Source of the DNA: Prochlorococcus sp. AG-347-K15
GTDB lineage: Bacteria; Cyanobacteriota; Cyanobacteriia; PCC-6307; Cyanobiaceae
DNA length: 64,000 nt
Reading direction: 5' to 3'
NCBI GenBank assembly: GCA_003281415.1
Contig: QCCC01000003.1
Location: 21,182 to 85,181 of the forward strand
Positions 32,438 through 45,006 of the stretch are shown here, one piece after another. Within the stretch, counting starts at the first letter, position 1. Each line of letters starts with the position of its first letter. The notes below the pieces were generated by a model. That model was not told where the DNA came from. It saw only the letters and a program-made list of their open reading frames with translations, and searched no databases. The position numbers and the translations under genes were made by a program.

Positions 32438-33337
32438 ATGAGAAAAAATATTCTTTTTTTAAGTTTGTTACTACTGCTTTCTCTTGCTTCAGGTTCATGT
32501 AAGAGAATATCAAATAAAAATGAAACTAAAGAAGTAATACTGGCAAGTTTTACTGTTTTGGCGGACATAATTAGTAATGTTGCTAAAGATGATTTTATTG
32601 TTAGATCAATAACGAAACCTGGAGTTGAAGTTCATGGCTACCAACCAACTCCAAGCGATTTGGTAAATGCCTCTAGTGCTTTTGTTTTTATTGATAATGG
32701 ATTTGGATTTGAATTATGGGCTGAAAAATTTGTTTCTAATTTAAAAGTTAAAAGAATTACTGTCGCAGAAGATTTAGATCCTATTTTCATTAGTGAAGAT
32801 TTTTATAAAGGGAAACCTAATCCTCATGCCTGGATTTCTCCAAAAAGAGGAATCCTATACGTAGATATTCTCGTGGATTCTTTATCAGAATTGAGGCCAT
32901 CCAAAAGGGCATTATTTGAAGAAAATGGAAAAATTTATAAAGATAAACTCTCTAAAATAGATAAAGAATTCTCACTTTTTATTAATAACTTAAATAAAGA
33001 CAGGAGGTATCTAGTAAGTTGTGAAGGTGCTTTTTCATATTTAACAAATGATTATGGATTAGAGGAAGTTTATTTGTGGCCAGTTAATGCTGAGAGTCAA
33101 ATTACTCCCAAAAGAATGACAAGAACAATCTCTTTAGTTAAAGAAAAAAATGTCCCATCTGTATTTTGCGAAAGTACTGTAAGTAACGAATCTCAAATGG
33201 TTGTTGCAAACGAAACTGGGGCTAATTTTGGAGGAAATCTTTTTGTTGATTCATTATCTGATGATAGTGGGTCTGCTAGTTCCTATATAAAAATGCTAGA
33301 GCATAATTTGGATTTGATTAAAAAAGGGCTTTTTTGA
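32438..33337 (+). CDS. mntC: Mn2+ (cluster A-I) ABC transporter substrate-binding lipoprotein
   Basis: Lipobox-like Cys; ligand motifs VHGY, NPHAW, SCEGAF, DSL; two Cys (SCE, FCE) as in cyanobacterial MntC. Confidence 0.9.
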   Translation: MRKNILFLSLLLLLSLASGSCKRISNKNETKEVILASFTVLADIISNVAKDDFIVRSITKPGVEVHGYQPTPSDLVNASSAFVFIDNGFGFELWAEKFVSNLKVKRITVAEDLDPIFISEDFYKGKPNPHAWISPKRGILYVDILVDSLSELRPSKRALFEENGKIYKDKLSKIDKEFSLFINNLNKDRRYLVSCEGAFSYLTNDYGLEEVYLWPVNAESQITPKRMTRTISLVKEKNVPSVFCESTVSNESQMVVANETGANFGGNLFVDSLSDDSGSASSYIKMLEHNLDLIKKGLF

Positions 33338-33340
33338 ATT

Positions 33341-34105
33341 ATGGAAACAATCAATTATCAAAACTTTAGGATTGATGCAGAGAATATTTGCGTAGATTAT
33401 AACGGTAAGGTGGCTTTGTATGATGCCAATTTAAGATTGAAGCCTGGCCAGATTTGTGGGTTAGTAGGGATGAACGGGGCTGGTAAAACAACTTTTTTTA
33501 ATGCTTTAACTGGCTTTGTAAATATTTCAAAGGGAAAAATTAGAATTAATGGAGAGTCTGTAAGATCTGCTCAAAAAGATCAGACAATTGCTTATGTTCC
33601 TCAAAATGAGGGAATTGATAGTCAATTTCCAATAAGTGTTTGGGATGTAGTGATGATGGGAAGATATGGTTCGATGAATATTTTTAGGTGTCCCAGAGAG
33701 TCTGATGTTCAGGCGGTTAAAGATGCTATTGAGAGAGTTGATCTTACAGATCATTTATCTACACCTATTGGAAATTTATCTGGAGGTCAGAGAAAACGAA
33801 CTTTTTTAGCTAGAGCAATCGCGCAAAGAGCGTCAATATTACTTCTGGATGAGCCTTTTTCAGGAGTTGATATAAGAACTGAGAAACTTATCTCGGAATT
33901 ATTTATTCAATTTAAAAATGAGGGGAAAACTATATTATTATCAACGCACGATATGATTCATGTCCGTGAATTTTGTGATTTGGTCCTTTTGATAAATAAA
34001 ACTGTTGTAGCTTATGGCGAGACCTCTGAAGTGTTTACCCCTGAAAATATTACAACCACTTTTGGAGGGATCTCACCTGATTTTTTGTTTGGACCTGAAT
34101 CCTAA
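33341..34105 (+). CDS. mntA: Mn/Zn ABC transporter ATP-binding protein
   Basis: GMNGAGKT, LSGGQ, LLLDEP, THD. Confidence 0.9.
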   Translation: METINYQNFRIDAENICVDYNGKVALYDANLRLKPGQICGLVGMNGAGKTTFFNALTGFVNISKGKIRINGESVRSAQKDQTIAYVPQNEGIDSQFPISVWDVVMMGRYGSMNIFRCPRESDVQAVKDAIERVDLTDHLSTPIGNLSGGQRKRTFLARAIAQRASILLLDEPFSGVDIRTEKLISELFIQFKNEGKTILLSTHDMIHVREFCDLVLLINKTVVAYGETSEVFTPENITTTFGGISPDFLFGPES

Positions 34106-34117
34106 ATTTTAAATTAT

Positions 34118-34990
34118 ATGGAGCTCTGTTCTTTTTTAACTTTAGATTCATTCATAACAGATCCTTTAACTCATGATTTTATGAGAAAAGCACTTCTTAT
34201 GAGTTCATTAGTTGCAGCTGTTTGTGGTTTTCTATCAAGTTATTTAACTCTTAAAGGATGGGCTTTAATGGGAGATGCAGTGTCACATTCAGTAATGCCT
34301 GGTGTTGTGGTTGCTTATGCATTAGGTCTTCCTTTCTCATTAGGGGCATTTATTTTCGGAGTTGGTTCTGTAGCATTAATAGGGTTTATTAAGCAGAAAT
34401 CTAGAGTTAAGGAAGATACTGTTATTGGGTTGGTTTTTACTGGATTTTTCGCTCTTGGAATCGTATTAGTTTCTAAGATTAAAAGTAATATTGATCTGCA
34501 CTCTATTCTTTTTGGTAGCCCATTAGGAATATCACTTTCAGATGTAAAACAAACAATATTAATTTCCTTATTAGTAGTAATCCTTTTATCAATTTTTAGA
34601 AAAGATTTAATGCTTTACTGTTTTGATCCAAGGCATGCAAAAACAGTTGGGATTAATGTATTTTTTCTTCATTATTTACTCCTCACATGCTTATCTTTGG
34701 CAGCTGTTGTGGGCTTGCAGTCTGTTGGAATTATTCTGGTAGTTGCAATGTTGATTACACCAGGGGCTACTGCTTATTTACTTACGGATAAGTTTGATAA
34801 TATGACAGTAATTTCAGTATTAAGTGCAGTTATCTCAAGCCTAATAGGAATCTATGTTAGTTTTTGGTTTGATCTTGAAACAGGTGGATCAATAGTCTTG
34901 GCACAAACTTTTATATTTTTATTTGCTTTTTTATTCGCTCCAAGATACGGAATATTTAAGTTAAAGAAATTACTTGCTGGTTATAAATGA
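34118..34990 (+). CDS. mntB: Mn/Zn ABC transporter permease (ABC-3)
   Basis: GDAVSHSVMPG, EDTVIG, AMLITPGATA; multiple TM helices. Confidence 0.9.
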   Translation: MELCSFLTLDSFITDPLTHDFMRKALLMSSLVAAVCGFLSSYLTLKGWALMGDAVSHSVMPGVVVAYALGLPFSLGAFIFGVGSVALIGFIKQKSRVKEDTVIGLVFTGFFALGIVLVSKIKSNIDLHSILFGSPLGISLSDVKQTILISLLVVILLSIFRKDLMLYCFDPRHAKTVGINVFFLHYLLLTCLSLAAVVGLQSVGIILVVAMLITPGATAYLLTDKFDNMTVISVLSAVISSLIGIYVSFWFDLETGGSIVLAQTFIFLFAFLFAPRYGIFKLKKLLAGYK

Positions 34991-36159
34991 TAATGGTGGA
35001 AGAAACTTTAAATAAAAAGTGGAATTGGTGGCCATTATTCCCCTTATATCCTTATGGAAAAAAGAAAACAATTTTAAGAGAATTAATTCCCGATCAAATA
35101 TGGTCCTTAGAACAAATACAGGGACTTTATTATGTTGCGGTTCCAATAAGAATGACGGTAATAAAGGTTGACAATGAATTGATGCTAATAAATCCACTGC
35201 CTCCAACAAAAGAATTAATAAATGAGTTAGAAAAATTAATTGCTACTCACGGCAAAGTAAAAACAATAATTCTACCGAGTGCCTCTGGACTCGAACATAA
35301 AATTGGACTGCCGGCTCTTTCAAGAATTTTTAAAGATGCAGAAATTTGGCTTTGTCCTGGACAATGGAGTTTCCCCATAAACCTCCCACTAGATTTTTTA
35401 GGAATTCCATCAAAAAGATCAAGAATACTTTTCGAAGAAGGTACTCCACATTCAAAATTCTTTAAATGGTCTTCATTAGGCCCACTGAATTTAGGACTTG
35501 GAAGATATCAGGAGATAAGCTGTTTCCATTATCCTACTAAAACTCTTCATGTAACAGACGCAATAGTTGGAATAGACTCTACACCACCTGAGATATTTAA
35601 TTTTGATCCAACTCCACTTCTTTTTCATTCTAGAGAGAGAGGAGATGAACCTTTGATTGACTCCATCGAACAAAGAAAAAAAGGATGGAAAAGGTTAGTC
35701 TTATTTTCATCTTTTTTAAAACCAGGTAAATTAAATATTCCATCTTTAAAAAAAATATTTAAGTATTCATTCAAAAAAGATCTTAGAAATTGGAGATCTC
35801 ATTTCGGTATTTATCCCTTTTTATGGGACGAAGATTGGGAAGCATCTCTTTTTGAAATAATGGGTAAAGATACTCCTAAGATTCAAATTGCACCAGTTTT
35901 ACAAAAATTAATTTTTCCGCGTTCAAAAGAAGTTTTAATTAAGTGGTTAGAAAATATCAAGTCTCTTGAAGATATGGAATATTTAATTCCAGCTCATTTT
36001 ACGGCACCTATAAAATTTACAATAGAAGATTGTCAAAAATTAATTAATGAAATTAATTCCAAAAAGTGGGACAAACTTCCTGAGGATAATAAATTTTTGA
36101 TGGGTTTATATAAAAAGTTGTTTGAACTAGGAATAATTCCTGAAGAAGTAAATCTTTAA
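34987..36159 (+). CDS. DUF4336-family protein (metallo-beta-lactamase-like)
   Basis: W.WWP..PLYPYG, PIRMTV, GLEHK, TL.VTD, IPAH. Confidence 0.8.
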   Translation: MIMVEETLNKKWNWWPLFPLYPYGKKKTILRELIPDQIWSLEQIQGLYYVAVPIRMTVIKVDNELMLINPLPPTKELINELEKLIATHGKVKTIILPSASGLEHKIGLPALSRIFKDAEIWLCPGQWSFPINLPLDFLGIPSKRSRILFEEGTPHSKFFKWSSLGPLNLGLGRYQEISCFHYPTKTLHVTDAIVGIDSTPPEIFNFDPTPLLFHSRERGDEPLIDSIEQRKKGWKRLVLFSSFLKPGKLNIPSLKKIFKYSFKKDLRNWRSHFGIYPFLWDEDWEASLFEIMGKDTPKIQIAPVLQKLIFPRSKEVLIKWLENIKSLEDMEYLIPAHFTAPIKFTIEDCQKLINEINSKKWDKLPEDNKFLMGLYKKLFELGIIPEEVNL

Positions 36160-36165
36160 AAACTA

Positions 36166-36501
36166 TTATTCTTCAATAGACATGTTTTCATCATTTTTAA
36201 GAGTTTGTTCCAGCTCTTTTCTTTGCTCCATTTGTCTTAAGAAATATCCTGTCATCATTGCTGAAGATAATAAATTAGCAATGTTGTCTTTTGAAGATGT
36301 TATTTTTACGTCAAATTGATCTGAAGGAAGCATTCCAAGAAGACCTTGAACATTATGTCTAATAATTTCTTGAATATCTTCACTAGCCGATTTTGCGACT
36401 CTTTGTAAAACTTCTGGAGATTGTTTTTGTAAATATTGGATTAAATCATTCTCATCATTCGGATCATTATTTTCAGTGGCAAGAAATTCTGGATTAAACA
36501 T
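36166..36501 (-). CDS. DUF760-family protein
   Basis: LIQYLQ...PE, NVQGLLG.LP, LL.SAMMTGYFLRQME.R..LE. Confidence 0.88.
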   Translation of the reverse strand: MFNPEFLATENNDPNDENDLIQYLQKQSPEVLQRVAKSASEDIQEIIRHNVQGLLGMLPSDQFDVKITSSKDNIANLLSSAMMTGYFLRQMEQRKELEQTLKNDENMSIEE

Positions 36502-36546
36502 TTCTACAACTTCAAGATATAAAAACCCTACAACATCACGTACCCA

Positions 36547-37131
36547 TTAATCTAAATTATTAAGGGCAGGGAACCGAATAGGTCCAATTTTATTTAACGG
36601 CCAATATCTAAAAATAGCTTTACCAATAACCTTTTCATAGGGTAAAAATCCCCAAATATGTGAGTCCATACTGTTATTTCTATTATCTCCCATCACCCAT
36701 AATGACTCTTCTGGGACAATAAAAGGCCCTATAGAATAATTAATATTTTTGTCAAAAACATAATTTTTTTGAGCTATATCATTTAAGTAAAGGTTACCGT
36801 CTCTTACTTCTACCTTGTCTCCAGGTATTCCAATTACTCTTTTTATTAGTGCTGTATCTGCTTCATAACCAGCATTAATTAATTGTTCTGGAACGTTAAA
36901 AACAACTATTTTATTTTTTAATTTTGAAAGATTTGATTTGGATGTGATTTTGGGAGTGACTTTCTCAACAAGAATTTTATCTTGTATTTGAAGAGTTGGA
37001 AGCATTGAACCGGATGGGATCCATCTTGGCTCTATAACCTGCCATCGTATAATTAAAGCTATAGATATCCATATTAGAAGATTTTTTAAATCCTTTAGTA
37101 TTGAATTTCTTTTTTCTTGTGTTGTAGACAT
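36547..37131 (-). CDS. lepB: Signal peptidase I
   Basis: IPSGSMLPTL, IKRVIG.PGD, GDNRNNSMDSH.WG. Confidence 0.96.
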   Translation of the reverse strand: MSTTQEKRNSILKDLKNLLIWISIALIIRWQVIEPRWIPSGSMLPTLQIQDKILVEKVTPKITSKSNLSKLKNKIVVFNVPEQLINAGYEADTALIKRVIGIPGDKVEVRDGNLYLNDIAQKNYVFDKNINYSIGPFIVPEESLWVMGDNRNNSMDSHIWGFLPYEKVIGKAIFRYWPLNKIGPIRFPALNNLD

Positions 37132-37181
37132 GTTTTATTTAATTCATTTATAAGGAAAATCCCAAAGCATTTATATAAATT

Positions 37182-38945
37182 ATGACATCATCTATTGAAT
37201 GCAAAAATTTTCTTAGAAGTTTACAACTTTTGAATCTTCTTATAAAAATAGGAGTTCAAAATTTAATACTTTGTCCTGGTAGTAGATCAGCACCTCTAGC
37301 AATAGCTGCTGGAGAATTAAATAAATTAGGATTGGTAAATATTTTTAATTCAATAGATGAGAGATCTGCGGGATTCCACTCTCTTGGGATTTCTGCGGCA
37401 TCAGGTAATCTTTCTTTAGTTATTACCACTTCTGGGACTGCCGTAAGTAACTTATTGCCAGCAGCAGTTGAGGCAGACCGATCTTGTAAAGGTATTATAT
37501 TTCTTACTGCTGATAGACCCTTAAGATTAAAAGAATGTGGCGCTAATCAAACAGTAAATCAAGAAGATTTTTTGAGTTCAGTTTGCAGAAGGGTTTTAAG
37601 TACAAATCTAAATGGACTTCATGAAACACAAGAAAATGAAATCTTGAATTTAGTTCGAATTGCTGAGCAACAAATATCAACCTTCCCTGGTCCTATTCAT
37701 TTTAATATTCCTATTGATAAGCCTTTAGGCATTTCATTTTTGAATAAAAAAAATGTTTTAGAAGTTTTTGAGAGACTTTATTTAAAGAAAAAATATATAT
37801 TTCAGGAAGTTGAAATAAAGTCTGATAAAAAGAAATTCTTAGAAATTTCAAAAAGTTTAAATTTAGATGAATCCGGCATTATTTTGGTAGGTCCCTATCA
37901 AGGTTCGATAAATGATTTAACTTCTTTCAATAAATCTTTAGAACGATTACAAGAAATTACTGGTTGGCCAGTATTTGCTGATCCTGTTTCAGGAGTTTAT
38001 TCTGATTTGAGAGGATTAGTTGTGAATTGGGAATTAGTCTTAAGAAAAAACAAAAATTTAATAAATTGTCATCAACTTTTGAGGCTTGGCCCTATGTCAT
38101 CCTCACTTGATTTGGAGAAGTTTTTAATAAACTTCGATGGGATACAAATTCTTATAAAAGAAAAAAACTATAGAAAATTGGACCCTATAAAAAAATCATT
38201 TGAATATGATTTTGGACTATCAAATTTTATTACTCTATTGTCAAAAGAATTTCCAATTAATGAAAAAAACAAAAAGTCTCTTACACCGATGGCACTAGAT
38301 CTAATAGAGGAAGGCGAGCAGATTAAAGGAATTTTAAAAGAGAAAATTACTCAAGATAATCAAATTACTGAGTATATGCTTGCAAATCTTGTTCCAAAAC
38401 TTTGGCCAGCTGAAAATCCTATAATGCTCTCCGCGAGTAGCCCTATTAGAGATTGGCTTACATTTTCTGAGAATGGTACTTTAACAAGAAATTGTTTCAG
38501 CTTTAGGGGAGCTTCTGGTATAGACGGTACTTTATCTCTCGCATTAGGTATTTCTAGAATTAAGAATCCTCTACTTCTTGTGACTGGAGATTTGGCTTTT
38601 ATTCACGATATAAACGGTTGGCTGATTGAAAATTCAATCGACACTAATTTAACAATTCTTCTGATAAATAATAATGGCGGAAATATATTTAATCGTATTT
38701 ATAAAGAAAATTTAAAAGAAGATGAATTAAAAAAACTTTTTCTTATGCCAAAAGAAATAAACTGGTCAAAACTCGCAGAGGGCTATCAAGTAAACTATAA
38801 AAGTGTGGCAAATTTTAAAAAATTACGAGAGGCATTCGATTGGAGCATTTCTATCCAGAAATCTGTAATAATTAAAGTTGATATTGATCCAGAAAATGAA
38901 ATTTGTGAAAAAAATGCCTTGTTAGAAAAAATAATTGGCAGTTAA
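37182..38945 (+). CDS. menD: SEPHCHC synthase
   Basis: [49 protein letters not shown]. Confidence 0.96.
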   Translation: MTSSIECKNFLRSLQLLNLLIKIGVQNLILCPGSRSAPLAIAAGELNKLGLVNIFNSIDERSAGFHSLGISAASGNLSLVITTSGTAVSNLLPAAVEADRSCKGIIFLTADRPLRLKECGANQTVNQEDFLSSVCRRVLSTNLNGLHETQENEILNLVRIAEQQISTFPGPIHFNIPIDKPLGISFLNKKNVLEVFERLYLKKKYIFQEVEIKSDKKKFLEISKSLNLDESGIILVGPYQGSINDLTSFNKSLERLQEITGWPVFADPVSGVYSDLRGLVVNWELVLRKNKNLINCHQLLRLGPMSSSLDLEKFLINFDGIQILIKEKNYRKLDPIKKSFEYDFGLSNFITLLSKEFPINEKNKKSLTPMALDLIEEGEQIKGILKEKITQDNQITEYMLANLVPKLWPAENPIMLSASSPIRDWLTFSENGTLTRNCFSFRGASGIDGTLSLALGISRIKNPLLLVTGDLAFIHDINGWLIENSIDTNLTILLINNNGGNIFNRIYKENLKEDELKKLFLMPKEINWSKLAEGYQVNYKSVANFKKLREAFDWSISIQKSVIIKVDIDPENEICEKNALLEKIIGS

Positions 38946-38980
38946 ATTCATCATTTTCTATCTTCAAATAATTAGGTTTC

Positions 38981-39838
38981 ATGAAAGTATTACCAGGTAA
39001 AACAACTTTAGATTGGTCAGAATGCAAATCTTATGAAGATATATTGTTTCACAAATCAGATGAGGGAATTGCGAGAATTGCAATTAATCGGCCAGAAAAA
39101 AGAAATGCATTTAGGCCACAAACTGTAGATGAACTCATTAATGCATTTAATATCGTAAGAAATGATGAAACCATTGGCGTAGTTCTCTTTACAGGTGCGG
39201 GACCTGACAAGAAAGGTATTTATTCTTTTTGCTCTGGAGGTGATCAGAGTGTAAGAGGTGAAAATGGATATAAAAATGGTGAAGGGAAGCAGAGATTAAA
39301 TGTACTTGAACTTCAAAGATTAATAAGAACTTTACCTAAAGTGGTTATCGCCTTAGTGCCTGGTTTCGCAATCGGAGGGGGTCATGTTCTTCATCTGATT
39401 TGTGATCTCAGTATTGCTTCAGAAAATGCAATATTTGGTCAGACAGGTCCAAGAGTTGGCAGTTTTGATGCTGGTTTTGGATCTAGTTATTTGGCAAGAC
39501 TTGTTGGTCAAAGAAAAGCAAAAGAAATTTGGTTTTTATGTAGAAAATATAATTCGAAGGAGGCTCTTGAGATGGGCTTGATAAATGCAATTACAAAGAT
39601 TGAAGAATTAGAAGCTGAGGGTGTAATCTGGGCAAGAGAGATTTTACGAAATAGTCCAACAGCTATTCGTATTCTTAAAGCTTCATTTAATGCCGAGAAT
39701 GATGGAATTGCCGGTATTCAAGAATTATCTGGATACACAACTCAATTATTTTATTCGACTAAAGAAGCTCAAGAAGGTAGAGATGCCTTTCTTGAAAAAC
39801 GTCCACCTGATTTCTCTGACTTTAAGTGGACTCCCTAG
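38981..39838 (+). CDS. menB: 1,4-dihydroxy-2-naphthoyl-CoA synthase
   Basis: [26 protein letters not shown]. Confidence 0.97.
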   Translation: MKVLPGKTTLDWSECKSYEDILFHKSDEGIARIAINRPEKRNAFRPQTVDELINAFNIVRNDETIGVVLFTGAGPDKKGIYSFCSGGDQSVRGENGYKNGEGKQRLNVLELQRLIRTLPKVVIALVPGFAIGGGHVLHLICDLSIASENAIFGQTGPRVGSFDAGFGSSYLARLVGQRKAKEIWFLCRKYNSKEALEMGLINAITKIEELEAEGVIWAREILRNSPTAIRILKASFNAENDGIAGIQELSGYTTQLFYSTKEAQEGRDAFLEKRPPDFSDFKWTP

Positions 39839-39874
39839 TTTATTTTTTCAAAAGGACTTTTTAAATAATTATCA

Positions 39875-41326
39875 ATGAGAATTCTTCTTGCCGCTGCCGA
39901 ATGTGCTCCAATGATCAAAGTTGGAGGTATGGGAGATGTGGTTGGTTCGTTACCTCCGTCTTTGATCAAACTTGGTCACGATGTAAGGGTAATTATCCCA
40001 GGATATGGAAAATTATGGAGTCTTCTAGAGGTATCGAATGAACCCGTCTTCAGAGCAAATACTATGGGGACTGATTTCGCTGTTTATGAAGCCAAACATC
40101 CAATACATAATTATGTGATTTACCTAGTTGGTCATCCAACATTTGACTCTGACCAAATCTATGGAGGTGAGAATGAGGATTGGCGCTTCACATTTTTTGC
40201 TAGTGCTACTGCAGAATTCGCTTGGAATTGTTGGAAACCTCAAGTTCTTCATTGCCATGATTGGCACACTGGAATGATTCCAGTTTGGATGCATCAGGAC
40301 CCTGATATTAGTACTGTTTTCACAATACATAATTTAAAATACCAAGGCCCCTGGAGATGGAAACTAGAAAAAATGACTTGGTGTCCTTGGTATATGCACG
40401 GAGACCACACAATGGCAGCAGCAATGTTGTATGCAGATAGAGTAAATGCTGTTTCTCCAACTTATGCTGATGAAATTAAAACCCATGAATATGGGGAAAG
40501 CCTTGAAGGATTACTTAATTACATATCAGGTAAATTACGAGGTATTCTTAATGGTATAGATCTAGATGAATGGAATCCAGCCAAAGATCCAGTTTTGCCA
40601 GCCAAATTTAGTATTAAGAATTTAGAAAAGAGGAGTGAAAATAAGACAATACTTCAGAGAGAAATGGGTCTAGAAATTAATCCTAAAAAATATCTTTTAG
40701 GTATGGTTAGTAGGTTGGTTGACCAGAAAGGAGTTGATTTACTTCTACAAGTTTCAAGAAGACTTTTAGCATATACAGATTCGCAAATAGCTGTTTTAGG
40801 AACTGGAGATCGATATTTAGAGTCAGGATTATGGCAACTGGCATTAGATTACCCAGGAAGATTTTCAGTATTTCTTACCTATGATGATTCTTTATCAAGG
40901 CTTATCTATGGTGGCTCTGATGCATTTTTGATGCCAAGTAGATTCGAACCATGTGGTATTAGTCAACTTCTTGCTATGAGGTATGGCTCGATTCCAATAG
41001 TGAGGCGCGTTGGAGGTTTAGTTGACACAGTTTTACCTCATGACCCAGAAAATAATAGTGGTACAGGTTTTTGCTTTGATCGCTTTGAGCCTATAGATTT
41101 CTATACTTCTTTAGTGAGATCTTGGGAGGCATTCAGGCATAAAGATAGTTGGGAATTACTGCAAAAAAGAGCCATGAGCCAGGAGTTCAGCTGGCAAAGA
41201 TCAGCTCTCGAATACGAAGTTATGTATAAAGATGTTTGCGGAATAAAGGAACCCTCACCAGATGTTGCTGAAGTTGAAAAATTTTCATACGGACAATCAG
41301 CTGACCCATCTTTAAAAAAGGTATGA
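39875..41326 (+). CDS. glgA: Glycogen synthase
   Basis: [32 protein letters not shown]. Confidence 0.98.
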   Translation: MRILLAAAECAPMIKVGGMGDVVGSLPPSLIKLGHDVRVIIPGYGKLWSLLEVSNEPVFRANTMGTDFAVYEAKHPIHNYVIYLVGHPTFDSDQIYGGENEDWRFTFFASATAEFAWNCWKPQVLHCHDWHTGMIPVWMHQDPDISTVFTIHNLKYQGPWRWKLEKMTWCPWYMHGDHTMAAAMLYADRVNAVSPTYADEIKTHEYGESLEGLLNYISGKLRGILNGIDLDEWNPAKDPVLPAKFSIKNLEKRSENKTILQREMGLEINPKKYLLGMVSRLVDQKGVDLLLQVSRRLLAYTDSQIAVLGTGDRYLESGLWQLALDYPGRFSVFLTYDDSLSRLIYGGSDAFLMPSRFEPCGISQLLAMRYGSIPIVRRVGGLVDTVLPHDPENNSGTGFCFDRFEPIDFYTSLVRSWEAFRHKDSWELLQKRAMSQEFSWQRSALEYEVMYKDVCGIKEPSPDVAEVEKFSYGQSADPSLKKV

Positions 41327-41338
41327 CCTAATTTTTTA

Positions 41339-42712
41339 ATGGAATTCTCATTATCAGATTTAAACAATGTTTTGGGTCACATTAAAAATTCAAGTAAGAA
41401 GAAAAAAGATTTTTTAAATTTTAAAAATATAAGTATTGATAGTAGAACTATATTAAAAAATGATCTTTTTATAGCGATTGAGGGTAAAAATTTTGACGGA
41501 CATAGTTTTCTCCCAGAGGTTTTAAAGAAAGGAGTTAAATCAGTAGTGATTAAAGAGGGTAAGCAAAAATTACTGCCTAGTGATTTTCCTTGTTGGGTTG
41601 TCAATGACACTTTAGAAGCATTTCAAAGAATATCATTACTCAAAAGGAAAAAATTAAATATCCCTATAGTCGCAATAACTGGCTCAGTAGGTAAAACAAC
41701 TACAAAAGAAATGATTGGTGAAGTTTTAAAGAAACTTGGAAAAATTAAACTATCCCATGGAAATTACAATAATGAAATTGGCGTTGGTCTTACAATTCTT
41801 GCCACAAATGTAGAAGATAAAGTTTTAGTCCTTGAGATGGGAATGAGAGGTCTTGGACAGATCGAAAATTTATCTCAATATAGTGAACCTGATATCGCAG
41901 TTATTACTAATATTGGGACAGCCCATATTGGATTGTTAGGATCAAAAAAGAATATTACTCACGCTAAGTGTGAGATTACTAAGTTTTTAAATCCAAAAGG
42001 AGTTGTATTAATTCCAGCAAATGATCCATTTCTAGAAGAAACTTTAAAAGAATACTGGAAAGGTAGAGTAATGAAAGTAGAGTTATTAAATATTGACAAT
42101 CAAAAAAAGAATTTAAAGCAAGAGGATAATTTGCGAGGAATTTTTAATCCATCGAATAAAACAATTTTGATAGAAGAAAATACCTTTGAAATTTCATTTG
42201 ATGGATTTCATAATGCTTCAAATTTCTTATTTGCATATGCAGTTGCTAAAGAATTTGGAATTGATTTTGCAAGTTTTAATAAATTTAATTTTGCAAGTCT
42301 AGAAGGAAGGAATAAAGTCTACGAATCAGTTAAAACAACAATATATGATGAATCATATAATGCTTCACCAGAATCAGTAAAAGCATGTTTAGAAAGCCTG
42401 CTAGAAAAGCCGAGAAATCATTTTTTTATATTTGGAAGTATGCAAGAACTGGGGAAAGAATCAGAAAAATATCATAAAGAAATATTCAATTTAGTAAGTA
42501 ATTCAGACATTGAAAAATGTGTATTTATTTGCGAGGAAAAAGAAGAAAAATTTTATTCAAATTATCTAAAAGATAAGAATAAATTTTTAATTTTAAATGA
42601 TATTAAAGATGTACCAAAAGAGGTAAATAAAGTGACAAAAAAAGGTGATTCGATCCTGATTAAAGGGAGTAGATTTTGGCAGCTTGAAAAAATTATTGAA
42701 TTCATTAATTAG
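41339..42712 (+). CDS. murF: UDP-MurNAc-tripeptide--D-Ala-D-Ala ligase
   Basis: [35 protein letters not shown]. Confidence 0.96.
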   Translation: MEFSLSDLNNVLGHIKNSSKKKKDFLNFKNISIDSRTILKNDLFIAIEGKNFDGHSFLPEVLKKGVKSVVIKEGKQKLLPSDFPCWVVNDTLEAFQRISLLKRKKLNIPIVAITGSVGKTTTKEMIGEVLKKLGKIKLSHGNYNNEIGVGLTILATNVEDKVLVLEMGMRGLGQIENLSQYSEPDIAVITNIGTAHIGLLGSKKNITHAKCEITKFLNPKGVVLIPANDPFLEETLKEYWKGRVMKVELLNIDNQKKNLKQEDNLRGIFNPSNKTILIEENTFEISFDGFHNASNFLFAYAVAKEFGIDFASFNKFNFASLEGRNKVYESVKTTIYDESYNASPESVKACLESLLEKPRNHFFIFGSMQELGKESEKYHKEIFNLVSNSDIEKCVFICEEKEEKFYSNYLKDKNKFLILNDIKDVPKEVNKVTKKGDSILIKGSRFWQLEKIIEFIN

Positions 42713-44063
42713 ATAAAGGTTTCTTTTTTTTCCAATTTTCAATATTTACTTGCTTAGTTCTAGAGATTGCTAATGAATTATCTTTGGAGTCTTTTGTAAT
42801 CACTGAGCCAGCTCCTGTTGTTACTGATTCTCCAAGATTTATAGGTGCAACAAAAACTGTATTTGCTCCAATGCGGGAATTTTTACCAATTTTTGTTTGA
42901 TATTTTTTCTGACCATCAAAATTTGCAGTTATAGTACCTGCCCCTATATTTGTAGATCTTCCAATAATTGAATCGCCAATATAACTTAGATGATTTACTT
43001 TGGATTCTTCCTCTAGTTGACTATTTTTTAATTCAACAAAATTTCCTATTTTACTGTAAGAAGATATCTTGGATTGAGGTCTTATATGACTGTAGGGACC
43101 AATTTTTATATAATCCATTATTTGAGAATCATAAACAGTGGAATTTGAAATTTCACAATGTGATCCAATATTAGAATTTTCAATAAAAGTATTTGGTCCG
43201 ATAAGGCAATTATTTAATATTTTGGTACTTCCTCTTATATGAGTATTAGCTTCTATGATTACATCTTTGCCAATCTCCGCTTCTTCACTAATTGAACAAC
43301 TTGCTTTATTAATAAACGTTACGCCTTTAAGCATGTGTTTTTCTTTAATTGAATCCTGGATAATTTCTTCGCATTTTGATAGTTGTATTCTATTGTTTAT
43401 TCCTTGAAGCTCTCCATTATCCTCTACCTCTAGGCTTAAGGCATTCTCTAACACAGATACTGTATCAGTTAGGTAAAGTTCATTCTGGTTATTATTACTT
43501 TTTAAGGAATTTATTATTTCTGACAAGTTACCCCAGTTAAAACAGTAAACACCTGCATTTATTAATGGATTTTCTCTTTCTAGATCATTGCAATCCTTTT
43601 CTTCAACAATTCTCTCTATAAAATCCCCCTTCAAAAAAACTCTGCCATATCCATGAGGATTTGTTTTCTTTGTGGTAATTAAAGAAACATCAGCATTTTT
43701 TGAATCGTGTAAATACAAAAGTCTTTTTAGAGTACTAGGCCTAATGAGTGGCACATCGCCGTTAAGCACCAAAAGTTTTCCTTCATGTTTTTTTACTTCT
43801 TTACAAAGTACCTGGATAGCATGACCAGTTCCTGATTGAGGTTCTTGAACAACAACATGGATTTTTTTATCTTTTGGGATTGACTTTTGTACTTCTTGTG
43901 ATTTGTGTCCAGTAATCACAAAAATTTTATCAGGGTTTAATTCGACACATGAATCAATTACTCTTTGTATGAGACTTTTGCCAGAAATTTTATGTAAAAC
44001 TTTTGGCAATGAGCTTTCCATTCTAGTGCCCTTGCCTGCCGCTAATATCGCAACACTTAACAT
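42705..44063 (-). CDS. glmU: Bifunctional UDP-GlcNAc pyrophosphorylase / GlcN-1-P acetyltransferase
   Basis: LAAGKGTRM, hexapeptide repeats, [15 protein letters not shown]. Confidence 0.97.
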   Translation of the reverse strand: MLSVAILAAGKGTRMESSLPKVLHKISGKSLIQRVIDSCVELNPDKIFVITGHKSQEVQKSIPKDKKIHVVVQEPQSGTGHAIQVLCKEVKKHEGKLLVLNGDVPLIRPSTLKRLLYLHDSKNADVSLITTKKTNPHGYGRVFLKGDFIERIVEEKDCNDLERENPLINAGVYCFNWGNLSEIINSLKSNNNQNELYLTDTVSVLENALSLEVEDNGELQGINNRIQLSKCEEIIQDSIKEKHMLKGVTFINKASCSISEEAEIGKDVIIEANTHIRGSTKILNNCLIGPNTFIENSNIGSHCEISNSTVYDSQIMDYIKIGPYSHIRPQSKISSYSKIGNFVELKNSQLEEESKVNHLSYIGDSIIGRSTNIGAGTITANFDGQKKYQTKIGKNSRIGANTVFVAPINLGESVTTGAGSVITKDSKDNSLAISRTKQVNIENWKKKKPLSN

Positions 44064-44088
44064 GTTTATTTGAAATCCTAATTTAAAT

Positions 44089-44994
44089 CTAACTCTTAAC
44101 GGATAACTTCGTCATTCCCCACTTCTCTCTCCATTTATTTGTAGATAATAGATTTGATAATAATTGCTCATCTAATCTTCTCCTGATTATATCGTCTTTA
44201 CTTGAGTTCAAATCTTGATCTCTATATGGAATACTAGCTTTAGTTAAGAGATGTTCTTCTTCCATTAAAGATAACTTTTCAAAATTGAAATTAGGTTTCA
44301 ATTTATTCTTATCAAATTTTGATATTGCGACAGTTCCCTGACTCCAAAAAGTTCTGTTTTTAAAACTTGGCTTAATAGTAAAAATTTCTAATCCAAGATT
44401 TCTTAGGGTTTTTCTTACTGCCGCTGATGAAGAATAAGTTATTAAATAACCCTGAGGGTTGAGATTTTCTTTGATCTTGGATAAAAATTCAATTGTCCAT
44501 ACTTGTGGGCATTTTTGAGGAGAAAAACCATCTAAATAAATCAGATCGAATTTAATAGAGGAAGGAATAATGTTAATTTTTTCTCTAGCATCACCCCATA
44601 AAATATTGCATTTAAAAAATTGATCCTCAAAGAAATCTTTTTGATAAAGTGATTCAAATATTTTTTTGACTTTTGGATCCCATAATTTAAGGAAAGATTC
44701 ATTTCTAAGAGAATATTCAAGAGGTTTTTTATCAATCTCCAAAGCATACAAATTTAAATATGATTTTTGTTTAATTAATTCATCCAATAAAGAAGCTGAA
44801 TTGTATCCTAAACCAAAACATATATCCAAAACATTAAGAGATTTGCCCTTAAATCTTTGCAAATTAGAAGTAGCAGTAAACTTTGACTTTGTTTCCTCCA
44901 ATGCGCCCAATAAACTATGGAAGTTCTCATGAAAAAACACACTTTTTAAAGAGTAACTACCATCTTTAGTTAAAACTTCTATTAATTCAGACAA
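44089..44994 (-). CDS. Stand-alone MnmC-type (MnmD/DUF752) tRNA U34 methyltransferase
   Basis: [30 protein letters not shown]; no oxidase domain. Confidence 0.8.
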   Translation of the reverse strand: MSELIEVLTKDGSYSLKSVFFHENFHSLLGALEETKSKFTATSNLQRFKGKSLNVLDICFGLGYNSASLLDELIKQKSYLNLYALEIDKKPLEYSLRNESFLKLWDPKVKKIFESLYQKDFFEDQFFKCNILWGDAREKINIIPSSIKFDLIYLDGFSPQKCPQVWTIEFLSKIKENLNPQGYLITYSSSAAVRKTLRNLGLEIFTIKPSFKNRTFWSQGTVAISKFDKNKLKPNFNFEKLSLMEEEHLLTKASIPYRDQDLNSSKDDIIRRRLDEQLLSNLLSTNKWREKWGMTKLSVKS

Positions 44995-45006
44995 AAACTT
45001 TTTAGG

